DNA from: Candidatus Gilichinskyi gelida
Lineage (GTDB): Bacteria > Acidobacteriota > Thermoanaerobaculia > Gp7-AA8
Assembly: GCA_038040385.1 (NCBI GenBank)
Contig: JBBPII010000005.1
Location: 288,858 to 352,857 of the forward strand
Direction: 5' to 3'
DNA: 64,000 nt
The position numbers were made by a program, and so were the translations under genes. Below the pieces are notes generated by a model that saw only the letters and a list, made by a program, of their open reading frames with translations, ran no database searches and had not been told where the DNA came from. Shown here piece by piece: positions 60,545-64,000 of the stretch. Positions within the stretch are counted from its first letter, which is position 1. Each line of letters begins with the position of its first letter.

Positions 60545-60922
60545 TCAGTCCGCGGAGTCGTCTTCGAGCATCGCCCGCCGCGACGCGAAGTAGAGGGTGA
60601 AGGGAACGAGTCCGAATCCCACCGCCCACCACGCCACGCCGAACGCGGCGAAGCGCTCGCTGGCGGTAGTGTTCACCAGGACGGCGATGGAGAAGCAGAT
60701 CAGTCCCGCGGTGCGGAAGCGCGCCACGTTCTCATTGAGCGCCGCCCACTCCTCCAGCCGCGGCGGGCGGTTCGAGGCCAACAGCGGCAGGCACAGCAGC
60801 GCGGCGGGGGCGAAGAGCACCGCGGCGATCGGCCGCTGCGCGCGGACGAGGACGTAACAGGCGGCCGCGAAAATCGCGATCGCGGCGACGGCGGCCGCAA
60901 GGCGAAGGCGAAAACTGATCAT
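60545..60922 (-). CDS. small polytopic membrane protein
   Basis: 125 aa, 3-4 TM; ends 10 bp upstream of paralog B, so the two are likely co-transcribed. Confidence 0.4.
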   Translation of the reverse strand: MISFRLRLAAAVAAIAIFAAACYVLVRAQRPIAAVLFAPAALLCLPLLASNRPPRLEEWAALNENVARFRTAGLICFSIAVLVNTTASERFAAFGVAWWAVGFGLVPFTLYFASRRAMLEDDSAD

Positions 60923-60950
60923 CGGACCGGGCGAAATAGTAGCAGAAGGG

Positions 60951-61052
60951 CGGAGCGCCGGCGTCCCGCCGGCTGGACGGGCGCCGTCCCGGCGCCCCGA
61001 TGCACGCGGCGGCGAGACGCCGCCGGGCCAGCCGCCGAGGACGGCGGCGCTC
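60951..61052. repeat. repeat family B, copy B6
   Basis: GGAGCGCCGGCGTCCCGCCGGCTGGACGGGCGCCGTCCCGGCGCC...GGCGAGACGCCGCCGGGCCAGCCGCCGAGGACGGCGGCGCTCC, 3' of dnaJ. Confidence 0.65.
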
Positions 61053-61055
61053 CGG

Positions 61056-62180
61056 TCAGCCGGTGAAGAGGTTCTTCACCTTGTCGACGAAGCCGCGCGG
61101 CTCGGGCGGGGTCTCCCCCTCGCTCTCCGCGTAGCGCTCCAGCAGCTCGCGCTGCGCGTCGTCGAGCGCGGTGGGGATGGTCACGCCGACGTGCACGTAG
61201 TGGTCGCCGCGCCCCGCGCCCTGCAGGAACTGCACGCCTTTTCCGCGCAGGCGGAAGATCTGGCTCGGCTGCGTGCCGGGGGGGATGCGCAGCGACTCGG
61301 TGCCGTCGATGGTCTCGGTCTCCACCTCGGCGCCGAGCGCCGCCTGCGTGAACGAGATGTTCTGCTCCGAATGGATGTCGTATTCGCGCCGCGTGAACCG
61401 CGGATGTTCCTGGACGCTGATGAAGACATAGAGATCGCCGGCCGGGCCGCCGTTGAATCCGCCCTCCCCTTCGCCCTGCACGCGGAGGCGCGAGCCGTCG
61501 TCGACGCCCGCGGGAACCTTGACCGAGATCGTCTTCGACTCCCGCACCCGCCCCGCGCCGTTGCAGTCCTGGCAGGGATCCTTGATGACCTTCCCAGCGC
61601 CGCCGCATTGCGGGCAGGTGCGCTGCACGGTGAGGAAGCCGCCCTGCGTGAAGCGGATCTGCCCCTTCCCGCCGCACCCGCTGCAGGTGACCGGCTGCGT
61701 GCCCGGCTTGGCGCCGTTGCCGTGGCAGGTGGCGCAGGTGGCGATGCGGGGCACGTCGATGGAGACGTCCTTGCCGAACACCGCCTCCTCGAACTCGAGC
61801 ATGAGGTCGTAGCGGACGTCGTTGCCGCGGGCGGGGCGGGTGGCGCGGCGGCGGCCGGTGCCGAAGAAGTCGCCGAAGCCGAAGAGATCGCCGAGGATGT
61901 CGGTGAAGTCGGAGAAGTGGCTGGGATCGAAGCCGCCGCCCATCCCGCTGGTCGCGGCGTGGCCGTAGCGATCGTAGCGCGCGCGCTTCTCCTGGTCGGC
62001 GAGCACCTCGTACGCCTCGGCCGCCTCCTTGAATCTCTCCTCGGCCGTGGAATCGTCCGGGTTCTTGTCAGGGTGGTACTTCACCGCCAGGCGGCGAAAG
62101 GCCTTCTTGATGTCGTCGACGCTCGCCTCGCGGACGACGCCGAGCACTTCGTAGTAATCGCGTTTTTCAGTGGTGGCCAT
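61056..62180 (-). CDS. dnaJ: molecular chaperone DnaJ
   Basis: J-domain HPD ([17 protein letters not shown]); four CxxCxGxG zinc-finger repeats; C-terminal domains. Confidence 0.92.
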   Translation of the reverse strand: MATTEKRDYYEVLGVVREASVDDIKKAFRRLAVKYHPDKNPDDSTAEERFKEAAEAYEVLADQEKRARYDRYGHAATSGMGGGFDPSHFSDFTDILGDLFGFGDFFGTGRRRATRPARGNDVRYDLMLEFEEAVFGKDVSIDVPRIATCATCHGNGAKPGTQPVTCSGCGGKGQIRFTQGGFLTVQRTCPQCGGAGKVIKDPCQDCNGAGRVRESKTISVKVPAGVDDGSRLRVQGEGEGGFNGGPAGDLYVFISVQEHPRFTRREYDIHSEQNISFTQAALGAEVETETIDGTESLRIPPGTQPSQIFRLRGKGVQFLQGAGRGDHYVHVGVTIPTALDDAQRELLERYAESEGETPPEPRGFVDKVKNLFTG

Positions 62181-62185
62181 AGGAG

Positions 62186-64000
62186 CTAAGTCGAACTATC
62201 GGGCGCTCCCATCTTCATCGGGTTGTAGAGCATGACGCTGGTGAGGATGCGCGATGCTCCCTGCAGCTCGAAGATGGCGTCGGCCAGCCGCTGTTTCTCT
62301 TCGGCTGCGATGGCCTCCTTCGCGCGGCTGATGATGGCCTGCACTTTGTCGCGGTCGTCGTCGTTGAGCAGCTTTCCGAACTCCCTGAAGACCTTCTCGT
62401 TGGTGTAAATCATTCCCTCGAGCTTGTTTTGCAGCATGCGGATCTCGCGGCGCTGGGCGTCGGCGCGGGAGTGCTCGGCCGCTTCGTTGACCAGGCGCTC
62501 AATCTCGTCCTTCGACAGCCCGCCGGCGGGATTGATCTGCACGCCGGTGGACTGGCCGGTGGCCTGGTCGCGGGCGGTGACGTTGACGATGCCGTTGGAG
62601 TCGATGGCGAAGATGACCTCGATCTGCGGCACGCCGCGCGGCGCGGGAGGGATGCCGACCAGGTCGAATTTGCCGAGCGATTTGTTTTCGCGGGCGAACT
62701 CGCGCTCGCCCTGCAGAACGTGCACCTGCACCTTGCTCTGGTTGTCGGCCACAGTGGTGAAGATCAACGAGTTCTTGGTGGGGATTGTGGAGTTTCGCTC
62801 GATGAGCTTGGTGAACAGGCCGCCGTGGGTCTCGATGCCGAGCGACAGCGGCGTGACGTCGAGCAGCACCATGTCCTTGATGTCGCCGCGCAGGATGCCG
62901 CCCTGAACGGCCGCGCCGACGGCGACCACTTCGTCCGGATTGATGTTGCGGTTCGCCGACTTACCGAAGACCTTTTCCACCGCCTCGATGACTTTCGGCA
63001 TGCGCGTCTGGCCGCCGACCAGCACCACTTCGTCGATCTGCCGGTTGACCACGTTCGCCTGCCGCATGGCGTCGTTGACCGGATCGATGGTCCGCTGGAT
63101 GAGGTCCTCGACCATCCGCTCGAACTCGTGGCGCGCCAGGACGCTGTTCAAATGTTTGGGACCGGAGGCGTCGGCGGAGATGAACGGCAGGGTGATGCGC
63201 GTCTCCGGATTGACCGAGAGCTCGTGCTTGGCCCGCTCCGCGGCTTCCTTCAGCCGCTGGAGGGCCATGCGGTCCTGGCGGAGATCGATGCCGCTGTCAC
63301 GGTGGAAGCCCTCGATCAGCCAGTCCATGATCCGCTTGTCGAAGTCCTCGCCGCCGAGGTAGGTGTCGCCGGAGGTGGAGAGCACTTCGAAGAGGCCGTC
63401 CTCGAGCTTGAGGATGGAGATGTCGAACGTCCCGCCGCCGAGGTCGTAGACGGCGATGATCTGGTTTTCCTTGTTGTCGAGGCCGTATGCCAGCGCCGCG
63501 GCGGTCGGCTCGTTGATGATGCGGAGGACGTCGAGGCCGGCGATCTTGCCCGCGTCGCGCGTCGCCTGGCGCTGCGAGTCGTTGAAATACGCCGGGACGG
63601 TGATGATCGCCTCGGAGACGCTCTCGCCGAGGAACTCCTCGGCGAAGGCCTTGATCTCCATCAGCACGAATGCGGAGATCTCCTCGGGTGAGTACTCGCG
63701 GTCGCGGATCTTGACCTTGATGTCGCCATTGGAGGCGGAGACGATCTGATACGGCAGCACCTGTTTGGCGCGGCCTACTTCGTCCGACTCGTACTTGCGG
63801 CCGATCAGCCGCTTGATGGCGAAGACGGTGTTGAACGGATTGGTGATGGCCTGCCGCTTGGCGATCTGCCCCACCAGCCGCTCGCTGTCCTCGGTGAATC
63901 CCACTACCGAGGGGGTGGTGCGGCTCCCCTCCCGATTGGGAATCACCTGCGGCGTCGTGACATCCACGACCGCGACGCAGGAATTGGTCGTCCCGAGGTC
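62186..64000 (-). CDS. dnaK: molecular chaperone DnaK (Hsp70), 5' end truncated by the window edge
   Basis: Hsp70 signatures ([19 protein letters not shown]...); the reading frame continues to position 64000 (...[12 protein letters not shown] would lie beyond). Confidence 0.95.
   Translation of the reverse strand, partial: DLGTTNSCVAVVDVTTPQVIPNREGSRTTPSVVGFTEDSERLVGQIAKRQAITNPFNTVFAIKRLIGRKYESDEVGRAKQVLPYQIVSASNGDIKVKIRDREYSPEEISAFVLMEIKAFAEEFLGESVSEAIITVPAYFNDSQRQATRDAGKIAGLDVLRIINEPTAAALAYGLDNKENQIIAVYDLGGGTFDISILKLEDGLFEVLSTSGDTYLGGEDFDKRIMDWLIEGFHRDSGIDLRQDRMALQRLKEAAERAKHELSVNPETRITLPFISADASGPKHLNSVLARHEFERMVEDLIQRTIDPVNDAMRQANVVNRQIDEVVLVGGQTRMPKVIEAVEKVFGKSANRNINPDEVVAVGAAVQGGILRGDIKDMVLLDVTPLSLGIETHGGLFTKLIERNSTIPTKNSLIFTTVADNQSKVQVHVLQGEREFARENKSLGKFDLVGIPPAPRGVPQIEVIFAIDSNGIVNVTARDQATGQSTGVQINPAGGLSKDEIERLVNEAAEHSRADAQRREIRMLQNKLEGMIYTNEKVFREFGKLLNDDDRDKVQAIISRAKEAIAAEEKQRLADAIFELQGASRILTSVMLYNPMKMGAPDSST

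Overview
This is a 64-kb high-GC (about 68% by eye) chromosomal segment from a Gram-negative bacterium, and it is densely coding on both strands. It carries core housekeeping genes: an MsbA-like ABC exporter, ribF, lptD, smc, psd-pssA, bcp, prmA, ppa, dnaJ and dnaK (dnaK is cut off by the window end), plus a yggS-yggT-divIVA-rnhA cluster, one tRNA-Met(CAT), a TetR regulator, a response regulator with two REC/HD-GYP units, and several cell-envelope genes (GT2, GT4, a GT39/ArnT-like protein, a YfhO-like protein, PAP2, a lytic transglycosylase, LysM, a desaturase).

On top of this backbone there are three kinds of non-core signal:

(1) Three families of GC-rich palindromic REP/MITE-like repeats. 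Family A ('TCATCCTGAGCGAAGCGAAGGATC' hairpins) has 4 copies plus one degenerate copy and supplies stop and start codons to neighbouring genes. Family B ('GGAGCGCCGGCGTCC...GGACGGCGGCGCTCC') has 6 copies. Family C ('CCTTCTCCCGCACGCGGGAGAAGG...CCCTCTCCCGC.TGCGGGAGAGGGTGGCGCGAAG') has 4 copies that lie inside reading frames. These include the SMC hinge and loops of three membrane proteins, which is reminiscent of Rickettsia palindromic elements.

(2) Three lower-GC accessory islands.
- 6.4-8.4 kb: a lipoprotein, a DUF3800-like gene and an overlapping small-gene pair.
- 41.0-43.4 kb: a secreted metzincin plus a hypothetical secreted protein, inserted at the 3' end of smc. The insertion duplicated about 150 bp of the smc 3' end, and the two copies differ only at synonymous sites.
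- 56.6-59.5 kb: a DUF4160/DUF2442 pair, an IS630-family element with a fragmented transposase, and a gene that the IS appears to have split. The island is flanked by two paralogous uncharacterised membrane-protein genes.

(3) Unusual genes and clusters.
- A GNAT acetyltransferase frameshifted at an A7/T7 homopolymer, inside a PIG-L deacetylase / GT4 / HIT cluster that resembles GlcN-conjugate (mycothiol/GPI-type) biosynthesis modules.
- A 969-aa secreted protein with six CHRD domains in three tandem ~1-kb repeats.
- A five-gene translationally coupled operon encoding VWA, TPR, a beta-propeller-like protein and two zinc-ribbon membrane proteins (one with a TonB C-terminal domain).
- An Asd-like protein without the canonical GxxGxxG motif.

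No CRISPR array and no rRNA were seen. Many long antisense ORFs in the six-frame track are GC-composition artefacts and were rejected.
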